Positions 23,882 through 33,355 of a stretch of 64,000 bases of DNA are shown here, piece by piece. Source of the stretch: a virus. Where the stretch lies: positions 116,406 through 180,405 of IMG/VR virus record IMGVR_UViG_3300044712_002679; one strand, written 5' to 3'. The stretch's first letter is position 1; each line of letters begins with the position of its first letter. Made by a program: the position numbers and the translations under genes. The notes under the pieces are model-generated. The model was not told the DNA's origin and ran no database searches. It saw only the letters and a list, made by a program, of their open reading frames with translations.

Positions 23882-25027
23882 ATGAGTGAAAATCAAGAAA
23901 ATATAAATTCTGAAAAAACATATAATAAGTTTTCTGTGAGATATATGTATACTAAAGATGAGTGTTATCAGGAATCATTAAATTATAATTCCCGAATTGA
24001 ATTCGCTAGGGAGTCAAAAAGTATTTATAAGTGTGCAGAATTGAATTGTTGGTTAAATGATTTTCCACATTTAAGAACAAAAGATACCCCAGTAAAAACA
24101 AGATATACTAAGTTTGAATGTTATAATATGTCATTGAAATGTAAAAACACAAGAGAATTTAAAGCTAAATATAAATTTTATTACATGTGTTCAGCATTAA
24201 ATGGTTGGTTGGATGAATTTAAATTAAACCAAAAAACTAAAACTAAAGAAAAATTAACAAAAGCACAATGTAAAAGATCAGCAAAAAATTATACTACCCG
24301 AAGTGAATTTGCAGCTAAAGGAAAAAAATATTATGAATTTGCTACTAAAAATGGATGGATAAAAGAAATATGTTCACATATGATTGAATCTGAACACGAT
24401 AAAAATTATTGGACAAAAGAAAATTGTAATAGTGAAGCCTTGATATATAAAACTAGAAAAGATTTTGAACTTGGGAATCCATCAGCTTATACACAATCAA
24501 AATTAAAGGGTTGGTTGGATGATATTTGTTCACATATGGAAATAGAAATTAAAGATGAATTTTGGACAAAACAACGTTGTCAAATTGAAGCTGCAAAATA
24601 TCCGAAAAAAAGTCATTTTTCTTATTATTCAGAACCAGCATATAGAATAGCAAGTCAAAATGGATGGTTAGATGATATATGTAAACATATGTTAGATGAT
24701 GATAATGAAAGATTTTTAAAACTAACAGAAAAAGAAATATGTTTCAATGAAGCTTTGAAATATTCTACAATGAAAGACTTTTTTGAAAATTCTCCTGAAA
24801 AATTTGAAAAATGTAGAATAAATAAATGGTTTTATGAAGCATGTAAACATATGCCATCACAAACTTTACCTGTTGATTATTGGACATATGAAAGATGTGC
24901 AATTGAAGCAAAAAAATATAAAACAATAAGAGATTTTAGATATCACGCTAAAGGTGCATACAATAAAATATTAGAATTCAAATGGAAAGAATTAGATCAG
25001 CATTTAAGAAATGATATTTCAATATGA
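23882..25027 (+). CDS. repeat protein: ~8 tandem ~44-aa modules (WTKExC..EAxKYxTRxDF....NGWLDDICxHM)
   Basis: repeats read directly; module resembles the repeat unit of the 40489-47426 family. Confidence 0.6.
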   Translation: MSENQENINSEKTYNKFSVRYMYTKDECYQESLNYNSRIEFARESKSIYKCAELNCWLNDFPHLRTKDTPVKTRYTKFECYNMSLKCKNTREFKAKYKFYYMCSALNGWLDEFKLNQKTKTKEKLTKAQCKRSAKNYTTRSEFAAKGKKYYEFATKNGWIKEICSHMIESEHDKNYWTKENCNSEALIYKTRKDFELGNPSAYTQSKLKGWLDDICSHMEIEIKDEFWTKQRCQIEAAKYPKKSHFSYYSEPAYRIASQNGWLDDICKHMLDDDNERFLKLTEKEICFNEALKYSTMKDFFENSPEKFEKCRINKWFYEACKHMPSQTLPVDYWTYERCAIEAKKYKTIRDFRYHAKGAYNKILEFKWKELDQHLRNDISI

Positions 25028-26190
25028 CAGAAGAATTAGATAAAAGTTATATTAAGTCGGTTATTCAACTGATTTTAAATAAAGTTCACGTTGAACCACA
25101 GAAAAGAAACATTAAAGAATTTTCTGATAGATTTAATTTTGCTTGTCCAATATGTGGTGATAGTCATAAAAATATAAATGCAAAACGTGGAAATATGTAT
25201 TTCAATACGATGCATTATGTCTGTTTTAATGAAAAATGTGGTAGGTCATTTATAAAACTATTAAAAACATTTGAAGTTGATATTGATCTTCAAAAGAAAA
25301 TGGATATATATAATTATATTGATAATAATGTACATTGGAATAAAAAAGAAGATAATTATGTCTTGCAACGTCTTGATAAATTAATTGACATTGATTTTCT
25401 TATTGAAACTTTAAATAATAATCCATCATCGCAATTTTCAAAATTTGGACCAATTAAAACCAATTCAGCAGCATATCAATATTTGAAATTTGAACGGTTA
25501 ATTGATAACTTTGAAAATATATATGAAGCTGAATATACAGTAACACCTAAATGGAAAGAAAAAGTAATCGTCATTCTTAATAAAAGTGGTAATAAGGTAC
25601 TTGGATTACAAATACGTAACTTAAAATCTGGTGATAAAAGATGGTTTAAAATTTTTAATTTTGAAAAACTTCATAATATGGTTCATCCCGAAGATCCACT
25701 TGATGAACTTGAAGCATTATCTTATAATAAAATATCAAATTTTTATAATATATTAAATGTTGATTGGGATAAACCAGTAACTATATTTGAAGCTTATTTA
25801 GATTCAACATTTTTTCCCAACGCAATAGGTGCTATTGGACTAAATAGTATTAATGATATGGGGTTTTTATTAAGTGACGATCTTGATACCCGTTTTTTCT
25901 TTGATCAAGATGAAGTTGGAATAAAAAATTCAATAGTGATGTTAGACAAAGGTTATAAAGTATTTTTGTGGCAAAAATTGAATGTTGATTTTTTAAAAAA
26001 TAAAGTTGATAAATATCAAGCAGAAAAAATATTATTAAAAATAAAAGATTTAAATAAATTGGTACAGGATATGAAAAATACTGACCCTTATAATAAATTA
26101 AAATTAGATAAATATTTTTCAAATGACACATTTGATAAAATATATTTGGATTTTACAAAATACCCAAAAAATTCAAAATCTAAAAATTAA
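25024..26190 (+). CDS. DnaG-like DNA primase (CHC2 zinc finger + TOPRIM)
   Basis: FACPICGDSHKN...MHYVCFNEKCG zinc finger; TOPRIM E (IFEAYLD) and DxD (FFFDQDEVG). Confidence 0.65.
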   Translation: MTEELDKSYIKSVIQLILNKVHVEPQKRNIKEFSDRFNFACPICGDSHKNINAKRGNMYFNTMHYVCFNEKCGRSFIKLLKTFEVDIDLQKKMDIYNYIDNNVHWNKKEDNYVLQRLDKLIDIDFLIETLNNNPSSQFSKFGPIKTNSAAYQYLKFERLIDNFENIYEAEYTVTPKWKEKVIVILNKSGNKVLGLQIRNLKSGDKRWFKIFNFEKLHNMVHPEDPLDELEALSYNKISNFYNILNVDWDKPVTIFEAYLDSTFFPNAIGAIGLNSINDMGFLLSDDLDTRFFFDQDEVGIKNSIVMLDKGYKVFLWQKLNVDFLKNKVDKYQAEKILLKIKDLNKLVQDMKNTDPYNKLKLDKYFSNDTFDKIYLDFTKYPKNSKSKN

Positions 26191-27068
26191 TTTTCTTCGA
26201 AATATGAAAATTTGTGTAATTTTTTAATAAAAATTTGACCTTGCTTGCGTATATAAGCTTCCACTTTTTTAATATTCTTATTATCAAAATATTTTCCAAT
26301 ATTATTTTTTTCTGTTTTAGATAATTCATCAAAATTAAAATTAAAATTACACATATCTTTATAATACTTAAGTGGATATTTATTTTCTTCTTCTTTTATT
26401 GTATTTAATAAATTTTTGGATTTTTTCACTTTAAGATAAAATTCGTGTAATCTTGCGGATAATTCATCTTCGTTTGCCAAGTAACAATAAACTAAAAATT
26501 TTTTATATGATTCAGAACCATCGGTTGTTGAAGTTAAATCAGTAATTGATGCGATACTACCAAATCTAACTTCATGTATAAATAAGTCAACAATATCACC
26601 CTTAAAAATGCGTTTAGTATCATCTGAAAAAAATTCATTTCGACTACGAGAATATAATATCTTACTTTTAATAGTTCTATCTACTAAATGTTTAATTTCG
26701 TGAGTTAATAGTTCTTTAGTATCATATTCTTTATTTTCAATACCCAACATTATATCAACATAATATTTATTTCTTTTGTTTTTTTGTTTTTTTGGTATAA
26801 TATTAACTGAAGCTATTGCTCGATTATAATATATACTAACTATAATATTACTTATAAAAACTAATTCTGTATTTTTTAATTGCCATGATCCATTAATATA
26901 AACTTCATTGGGCTTTAAAATATTTATATTAAATTCTGAAATATCAACAATTGTTTGGGTTTCTTTTTTATCAATCGCATCTTCAATTTGTTTCCACATT
27001 TTTTCGACAATTTCAAGTGTTAATTTATTTACACCCAATTTTTCAAATATTTTAAAAGTTGTTATCAT
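26187..27068 (-). CDS. hypothetical protein with HExxH motif (possible zinc metallopeptidase)
   Basis: ELLTHEIKHLVD. Confidence 0.4.
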   Translation of the reverse strand: MITTFKIFEKLGVNKLTLEIVEKMWKQIEDAIDKKETQTIVDISEFNINILKPNEVYINGSWQLKNTELVFISNIIVSIYYNRAIASVNIIPKKQKNKRNKYYVDIMLGIENKEYDTKELLTHEIKHLVDRTIKSKILYSRSRNEFFSDDTKRIFKGDIVDLFIHEVRFGSIASITDLTSTTDGSESYKKFLVYCYLANEDELSARLHEFYLKVKKSKNLLNTIKEEENKYPLKYYKDMCNFNFNFDELSKTEKNNIGKYFDNKNIKKVEAYIRKQGQIFIKKLHKFSYFEEN

Positions 27069-28588
27069 AATTCAATAATTTTGATTTTTTTCTTTTTACA
27101 CAATGAAATCAATTTTTCTTTATTTTCTTGGTCTGATTCAGATACTTTAAGATAGTTATCAGTTAATCTGATTTCTTTAATGTAATTTATTGGTATTTTA
27201 TTTGCATGAATTTGAATTTCCGAATATAAATTATAAAATCTATCCCCTTCGATAAATACTTTACCTTTACTTGTTTCAAAAACACGACCATCATTTTTAT
27301 GATTTAAATTTTCTAAAATTGTTTTTGATTCATATTTATATTCTGGATAAAATTTTTCTTTTACTAAATTTGAATAAATTTTTTTTAATTCTTTTTTCTT
27401 ATATATTGTATCCACATTTTCTGCCACACTATCCAATAATGTAAAAGTCACTTTAAATTTTTCATAAATAGATGGTTTAAAATATATCATAACCGAACCA
27501 TGACCAGTTTCATATCCACCATCATTAAACCAATCCGGAATACAAAATATCAAATCTTCTGTTCCAAATTTTTCAAGTTCAATTTCTTTTCTTTCATTCC
27601 ACCAAGTTTCATTTTCATCTATAATTTGAATTTCTTTTTTTAATTCATTTCTACTCATCAAAAATCCTTTTTCAAGTATTGATATTACGGATTCATATGA
27701 TGATAAGTGTCTAGCAAATGGATATTCATCATTTTCAGCATCATTTTCAGCATCATTTTCAGCATCATTTTCAGCATCATTTTCAGCATCATTTTCAGCA
27801 TCATTTTCAGCATCATTTTCAGCATCATTAAATAATATACCAATTCCTTGTATTTGATTATTATTAGTTTGATATGTAAATTCTTTATATATTTTACCTT
27901 CTTTAATTTCATTCCAAAATTTAACAACACCTGGACAAGTTGAATCGTTAATGTCATGAAACATAACGATTTTAGCATATTTACCCAAATTTTCATAATC
28001 GGTAGATACACCTTCATATGAATGATCAGCATCAATAAATATAAAATCATATTTTTGACCTTTAAAATCTTCACTTGTTCCTATATGTAAATTAATGTAT
28101 TGTTTTATATCTTCAGTTAATCCTTTATCTGAAATATCAACACCAATAGATTTTAAATTTGGATTTTTGAGTTTTAAAATATTATCAATTAATATATGGG
28201 TTCCACCTTTAAATATACCCACCTCAACATATGTATTTATATCATATTTCAACAATTCTAATAAAGCATCAGCTATTTGTTTTGGGGTTTGAAACATAGC
28301 TTCTTCGTTTCTATCATAAACCATATATTGATTCCATTCACCATAACCATCTCTATCTTCTACACATAAACCATAATCGCAAACTAAATTTATAATATCA
28401 ACTTCTTTAATATCGGTCGCATTTAATTTAGAAATACTTTCAATTAATTTTTTATTTTTACTAAATTTGTTATCTTCAAATATATTTATATTTTTGTGCG
28501 TGAAATCACTAAACCGTTTAATCATAATCAAAAAATCTATTTTACATATATATAAAAAAATTAAACAACATTCTAATAAAAAAAACAT
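27065..28588 (-). CDS. CmcI/TylF-type class I SAM-dependent O-methyltransferase domain protein with (ENDA)n repeat and C-terminal extension
   Basis: YVEVGIFKGGTHILIDN ... YDFIFIDADHSYEGVSTD ... HDI; ENDAENDA... from 12-bp repeat. Confidence 0.6.
   Translation of the reverse strand: MFFLLECCLIFLYICKIDFLIMIKRFSDFTHKNINIFEDNKFSKNKKLIESISKLNATDIKEVDIINLVCDYGLCVEDRDGYGEWNQYMVYDRNEEAMFQTPKQIADALLELLKYDINTYVEVGIFKGGTHILIDNILKLKNPNLKSIGVDISDKGLTEDIKQYINLHIGTSEDFKGQKYDFIFIDADHSYEGVSTDYENLGKYAKIVMFHDINDSTCPGVVKFWNEIKEGKIYKEFTYQTNNNQIQGIGILFNDAENDAENDAENDAENDAENDAENDAENDAENDEYPFARHLSSYESVISILEKGFLMSRNELKKEIQIIDENETWWNERKEIELEKFGTEDLIFCIPDWFNDGGYETGHGSVMIYFKPSIYEKFKVTFTLLDSVAENVDTIYKKKELKKIYSNLVKEKFYPEYKYESKTILENLNHKNDGRVFETSKGKVFIEGDRFYNLYSEIQIHANKIPINYIKEIRLTDNYLKVSESDQENKEKLISLCKKKKIKIIEL
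27727..27838. repeat. 12-bp tandem repeat (catcattttcag) x~9 inside CDS
   Basis: read directly; in-frame, encodes NDAE repeats. Confidence 0.85.
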
Positions 28589-28620
28589 ATATAAAACTGT
28601 ACAATAAATAAAAAATATTA

Positions 28621-29154
28621 ATGAAGCAAAAAGAATCAGAAAACAGAATTAATTATTCAATTAAAGATTTAACCGTAAGGTTAGTTGGTGATAATGTTAC
28701 AAATGGTGTAATTGACACTAAAAGTGCAATAAAATTGGCTAGAGATATGGAATTAGATTTGGTCGAAATTTCGGGTCCAGTTAACGGAAATCCATCAATT
28801 TGCAAAATAGTTGACTATCAAAAATATCTTTACGACAAAAAGAAAAAAGATAAAGATCAAAAGAAAAAGCAAAAATTAAGTCAGTCAGAAGTCAAAGAAA
28901 TTAGAATGACCCCGCATACTGATGAACACGATTTTAATTTTAAATTAAATCATGCTAAAAACTTCTTAACCAATAACGATAAAGTATTAGTTTCAGTATT
29001 CTTTAAGGGTAGAGAAATATCATATAAAGAACAAGGTCAAATTGTTTTATTAAAATTTGCAAAGGAATTGGAAGATATTGGCATACCTGAGTATTTACCT
29101 AAACTAGAAGGAAAAAAAATGCTAATGATGATTAAACCTAAACCAAAAAAATAA
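28621..29154 (+). CDS. infC: translation initiation factor IF-3
   Basis: aligns by eye with E. coli IF3 across N- and C-domains (NRIN..VRL.G; DLVEISP.A.PPVCRI.DY.K.LY; KKKQK...VKEI..P..DEHD...KL.....FL; GRE). Confidence 0.85.
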   Translation: MKQKESENRINYSIKDLTVRLVGDNVTNGVIDTKSAIKLARDMELDLVEISGPVNGNPSICKIVDYQKYLYDKKKKDKDQKKKQKLSQSEVKEIRMTPHTDEHDFNFKLNHAKNFLTNNDKVLVSVFFKGREISYKEQGQIVLLKFAKELEDIGIPEYLPKLEGKKMLMMIKPKPKK

Positions 29155-29192
29155 AAAAGCAGAATAATCTGCTTTTTTATTTTTTAAAATTG
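29153..29192. terminator. bidirectional intrinsic terminator AAGCAG-AATAAT-CTGCTT between convergent genes
   Basis: A-run / hairpin / T-run. Confidence 0.65.
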
Positions 29193-29606
29193 GGGAATAT
29201 CACGCTTATTTATATTAATATTATAATCTTTTAATATATTAAACATTATATTTGCTGTTTTTCTATCTGCATATAGAGAATTACGAATACTATTATTATA
29301 ATATATTACATTGTTTTCAATATTAAATGTTATATTTTGAATTCGTACATCTTGAATTTCACCTGTTCCAATTAAGCATAACATTTTAGGATGTGGTAAT
29401 TCAATTTTAAACACATTAAAAAGAAATGGTGTCGTATCATCATCTACTGGTTTAAAAGTTATAGAATCACTTATATATTTTTTTAAAATTAAATCAGATG
29501 CCATTTTTATATATTGTTTATGTCTAAGATCATCATAATTTTTAACTTTATCTATATATGAATTATATGTGTTGACCATTAATTCATTAAATTTAAAAAT
29601 TTTCAT
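29184..29606 (-). CDS. hypothetical protein (140 aa)
   Basis: ORF. Confidence 0.45.
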   Translation of the reverse strand: MKIFKFNELMVNTYNSYIDKVKNYDDLRHKQYIKMASDLILKKYISDSITFKPVDDDTTPFLFNVFKIELPHPKMLCLIGTGEIQDVRIQNITFNIENNVIYYNNSIRNSLYADRKTANIMFNILKDYNININKRDIPQF

Positions 29607-29649
29607 ATTATTTTTTTTAATATATATATTAATTTAAAAATGATAAAAT

Positions 29650-30456
29650 ATGATAAAATTATTTGAAAAATGGTTAATTTTTGAAAGATTAAATTCTGCT
29701 AAAGGTCGAAATATGATGAAATTGGTCGATTATTTTGAAAAATCCATCAAAGAAAAAGAAGCAGAATTACCAGAATTCTTTCAAATACATTATCCCCACA
29801 TATTCGATAATTGGGCTTTAGAAAATTCAAACTATTTTGTAGAATTAGATGAATATGATTCAGAAGAAGAAGCATATGAAAATGTTATATATCCAACAAC
29901 ATATTATGAATTAGAATCTGATATTCTAGAAAAATACAAAAATTTTTTAATTGAAATTGTTGATAATGTTTTTAAAAAAAATCCATATAATTTAGATTTG
30001 TGTATATTACCATTATATGTAACATATACTTATGAAGATGATGTAATTGATGGGTGGCTAGTTCATTTTACTGATTATGAAAAAAATATTAAATCTATAC
30101 TAAAATCACAACACTTCCAAGGAATTCCAAATATGTATAATTTAGCAATAACAAGCACAAATGAAGATGATTATAGTGAAGATGGTTATTGTTTTGGATT
30201 TGATATATCTGATGTATATGAAAATTTTAAAGATGGATATTCACATTATGGTAATTTTGGTATTTTATTTAAATCTAGTGGAATAAAACTTTACCATAAT
30301 GGTGATGATGAACATCAAGTAGTATTCATTGGAAATCAAGTCAGTAATTTAATTCCTTTTTGGTATGATCCAAATACAAAAGAACTTTACAATAAAAATA
30401 AGACTATTAGGTCAAATGATTATGAATACTTTTTTGAACAAATCATTGAATCTTAA
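29650..30456 (+). CDS. hypothetical acidic protein (268 aa)
   Basis: ORF. Confidence 0.5.
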   Translation: MIKLFEKWLIFERLNSAKGRNMMKLVDYFEKSIKEKEAELPEFFQIHYPHIFDNWALENSNYFVELDEYDSEEEAYENVIYPTTYYELESDILEKYKNFLIEIVDNVFKKNPYNLDLCILPLYVTYTYEDDVIDGWLVHFTDYEKNIKSILKSQHFQGIPNMYNLAITSTNEDDYSEDGYCFGFDISDVYENFKDGYSHYGNFGILFKSSGIKLYHNGDDEHQVVFIGNQVSNLIPFWYDPNTKELYNKNKTIRSNDYEYFFEQIIES

Positions 30457-30707
30457 TTGTTGTGCTTATTATAATATTTAGATACAGTATAATTAAACCA
30501 ATTTTTTGCAACTAAGTTAGCTTCGATTGAATAAATTAATAAATCCTTTATTTTATTGAGAAAATTATAAGTCATTTCATTTTGAAACATAACATTAGAA
30601 AAAGAATTTTTAATTAAACCATCTTCATAATCAAAGCCAGATTTAATATTATCATTTATATGTTTTAATTCATATAATTCTTTTATTTGTATATCTTTTT
30701 CTATCAT
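30453..30707 (-). CDS. hypothetical small protein
   Basis: first of seven tightly packed minus-strand genes 30453-33355. Confidence 0.4.
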   Translation of the reverse strand: MIEKDIQIKELYELKHINDNIKSGFDYEDGLIKNSFSNVMFQNEMTYNFLNKIKDLLIYSIEANLVAKNWFNYTVSKYYNKHNN

Positions 30708-30716
30708 AGTATGTTA

Positions 30717-31307
30717 TTATTTTGTGTTTAAATCAAATTCCACTATTTTATCTTTTGGTTTGATTGTTATTATATTAACAATTTTTTTCATATTATATAA
30801 CACCATCATTTTACCATTACCAAATGGATTATTCATTAAATCGTAATCTACTCCATTTTTAATATAAAATTCCCTAAGATATTTGGTATTTGTTGATTTT
30901 ATTGCTTTTTCATTTAAAATAATGTTATTAAAAATATATCCTGGAACTTTACCATCTTTGATATATTTTTCTAATCTATTCATTACCATTTTTTTCAAAC
31001 TTCCAATTACATAAAATTTTATAAATTCTTTAACCTTTTCAATATCTAAAAATACTTTATTAATATCAACACCATATTCAACTGTAATCAAATATAATTT
31101 TCGACTTCCTTTTGCATATCGTATTGCGGTACTATAATCTGTTGCTATATATAAACCAGCACCATACTCATATCTACCATTTTTTTGTGCAATAATATCA
31201 TCATAATGGTCAAGATTTCCACCATGCCAAAAATTCATAGTGTTTGGTATGTTGGGTGGAAAAATTTCTTCTTCGTTTAATTTGAATTTATCAAATTGTA
31301 ATATCAT
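30717..31307 (-). CDS. hypothetical protein (196 aa)
   Basis: operon context. Confidence 0.45.
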   Translation of the reverse strand: MILQFDKFKLNEEEIFPPNIPNTMNFWHGGNLDHYDDIIAQKNGRYEYGAGLYIATDYSTAIRYAKGSRKLYLITVEYGVDINKVFLDIEKVKEFIKFYVIGSLKKMVMNRLEKYIKDGKVPGYIFNNIILNEKAIKSTNTKYLREFYIKNGVDYDLMNNPFGNGKMMVLYNMKKIVNIITIKPKDKIVEFDLNTK

Positions 31308-31630
31308 AAACTACTTTTTCTTTCGATTGCTTCAGCAGATGGTATTTTATCAGTTACATATTCAATTAGATTTGATAATGATTCAACTTCATCTTTAACA
31401 TCATCATCTGATGATTCCATTTTTAAATACACATCATATGATTCATTGCCTACTTTATCAATTTCAATTTTTCTGATTTCTCCAGATTTGGGTATATAAA
31501 AAAATAAAGATTCGTCACCTCTTTGTAATTGAAATCCAAGTGTTTCTAATTTATCCATTTCTATTTCATTCCAAGCTGTATCACTTTTTGATTTTTTAAA
31601 AAACCCTTCATAAGTTTTAATTATTTTCAT
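31304..31630 (-). CDS. hypothetical protein (108 aa)
   Basis: 4-nt overlaps both sides. Confidence 0.45.
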   Translation of the reverse strand: MKIIKTYEGFFKKSKSDTAWNEIEMDKLETLGFQLQRGDESLFFYIPKSGEIRKIEIDKVGNESYDVYLKMESSDDDVKDEVESLSNLIEYVTDKIPSAEAIERKSSL

Positions 31631-31908
31631 ATTATATTATATTTTTTTCCTTTCATTAAAATATCTAAATCTTTTGGATATAAATTTTCTGTTGTTGTTT
31701 TTTTAAGAAATACGGTATTATCTATTTTTTGATATTTTTTAAGTAATTTATACATATCATTTAAATCATATGGATTATATTTAATTGTATTTCCAAATTT
31801 ATCATTTGGTGTATCAAGTAATTCTTCATCATTATATTTATCTAAATGAAATAATTCATACTGTATATCTTCATCTATTTGAAAATTTTCAAATTTTTTT
31901 AAAATCAT
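31627..31908 (-). CDS. hypothetical protein (93 aa)
   Basis: 4-nt overlaps. Confidence 0.45.
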   Translation of the reverse strand: MILKKFENFQIDEDIQYELFHLDKYNDEELLDTPNDKFGNTIKYNPYDLNDMYKLLKKYQKIDNTVFLKKTTTENLYPKDLDILMKGKKYNII

Positions 31909-32453
31909 ACTGTTAATTTATCTTTTTTGTTACTCCAAATATAATAACCTTGATATTCATTTTCATATACCATTCCACCCAACGTTGATATGACATTTAA
32001 TGTTGTATCAAACGTTATTGTTTGTTGAAAAGTGTATTTTAATGATTCTTTATCAATAAAAGATAATGGTTTTAATTTAATACCAAATATATCCAATGAA
32101 TCTGGAATATCTGAATAAAATTCCGACAAAGCATAAGTTACTAAGTTTTCTCTAATATTTTCAATATCTTCTTTATCAAAAATATAACATTTAAATATTA
32201 CACGTTCAGAACCAAGAATATCGCCTGTTATATCATTTAGTTTATATAAATGTTTTTTCTTATCTAACAAATCCACATATTGATCATATGTTTTATAATA
32301 ATCAACAAGTGTTTTAGTATATTTATTTCCAGCTAATTTAATATTATAGAAAAATTCGTCTATTTTAACATTTGGAATTTGAAATTCGTATAACGAATTC
32401 CATTCTGTAAATTTTGTAATATTTAATGTTTCTTTCATATTTTTTTCATTCAA
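31905..32453 (-). CDS. hypothetical protein (182 aa)
   Basis: operon context. Confidence 0.45.
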   Translation of the reverse strand: MNEKNMKETLNITKFTEWNSLYEFQIPNVKIDEFFYNIKLAGNKYTKTLVDYYKTYDQYVDLLDKKKHLYKLNDITGDILGSERVIFKCYIFDKEDIENIRENLVTYALSEFYSDIPDSLDIFGIKLKPLSFIDKESLKYTFQQTITFDTTLNVISTLGGMVYENEYQGYYIWSNKKDKLTV

Positions 32454-32455
32454 TT

Positions 32456-32776
32456 TTAAATTAAATTAAAAGAATTAAATTCTTTTATATGTTTCAATTT
32501 TTTATTTTTGGAATTATCATCTTTTTCTTTAGCTATAAAATCATCTAAAATTTCATTTAATATTTCTTTCACTAATTGATGATATTCTATTTCATCTTTC
32601 ACTAGATTTATTCCTTTGTTCTTGATATCTTCTAAAATATCATTGAATCTTTTATTGTTTTTATAATATTTTTTAAGTGAACTTGGTTTTGCTCCTTTTT
32701 TAATATAAAAACTAATAATTGGATATAATTCTTTAAATATGTCCGATTTAGCTTGTTTTTTTATTGATTTTTCCAT
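32456..32776 (-). CDS. hypothetical lysine-rich protein (106 aa)
   Basis: operon context. Confidence 0.45.
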   Translation of the reverse strand: MEKSIKKQAKSDIFKELYPIISFYIKKGAKPSSLKKYYKNNKRFNDILEDIKNKGINLVKDEIEYHQLVKEILNEILDDFIAKEKDDNSKNKKLKHIKEFNSFNLI

Positions 32777-32896
32777 ATTCTATATATATAATTTTAAAAT
32801 TTTCATTTTTATATATATCATATGATTATATGGTGAAAATTGAATTGTCCTGTGTAGTAAATTCTAGAACAATCATAAATATGGATTACCTAAAAA

Positions 32897-33355
32897 TTAA
32901 ATTAATGATTGAAATTTTACATATTTTTTAGGACACAAATAAAAATTTCGATAACTTTTTTCTTTTTTATCATACAATTCTTTAAAAAACCAATTTTTAT
33001 ATGTACTACTATATATTATTAAACACTTGGTTTTAGAAGCATTTAATATTATATAGCAATATAATGTCCTTATATTTCTTTTATCTATTTTATATTTTTC
33101 ATCAACAATTATATCTTGGTATGGTACATCATCAAATGTCATAAAATCTATTTCTTTCCATTGTTTGACTTCAACCCGCATTGATATTTTTATATCACCA
33201 TCATCAGTATGTTCATATCTCGATTCTTCATCTGGTGTTACAGTATATGGTAAAATCTCACTATCAAAACCCAATTTTGTCATCCAATTATTAACAACAA
33301 TTGTTGCTTTTTTAGCATCATTTAAATTTTGCGTAAAAATGTTTCTGGGTTTCAT
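32897..33355 (-). CDS. hypothetical protein (152 aa)
   Basis: 4-nt overlap with polB fragment stop. Confidence 0.45.
   Translation of the reverse strand: MKPRNIFTQNLNDAKKATIVVNNWMTKLGFDSEILPYTVTPDEESRYEHTDDGDIKISMRVEVKQWKEIDFMTFDDVPYQDIIVDEKYKIDKRNIRTLYCYIILNASKTKCLIIYSSTYKNWFFKELYDKKEKSYRNFYLCPKKYVKFQSLI

Noticed and set aside
27727-27838. Possible CRISPR array (many perfect short direct repeats here and at 36503-36800 and 57906-57957)
   Set aside because: The repeats are contiguous with no unique spacers and have periods of 9-33 bp. They lie in frame inside long ORFs and encode (ENDA)n, Thr-rich and (KVD)n tracts. They are coding tandem repeats, not repeat-spacer arrays.
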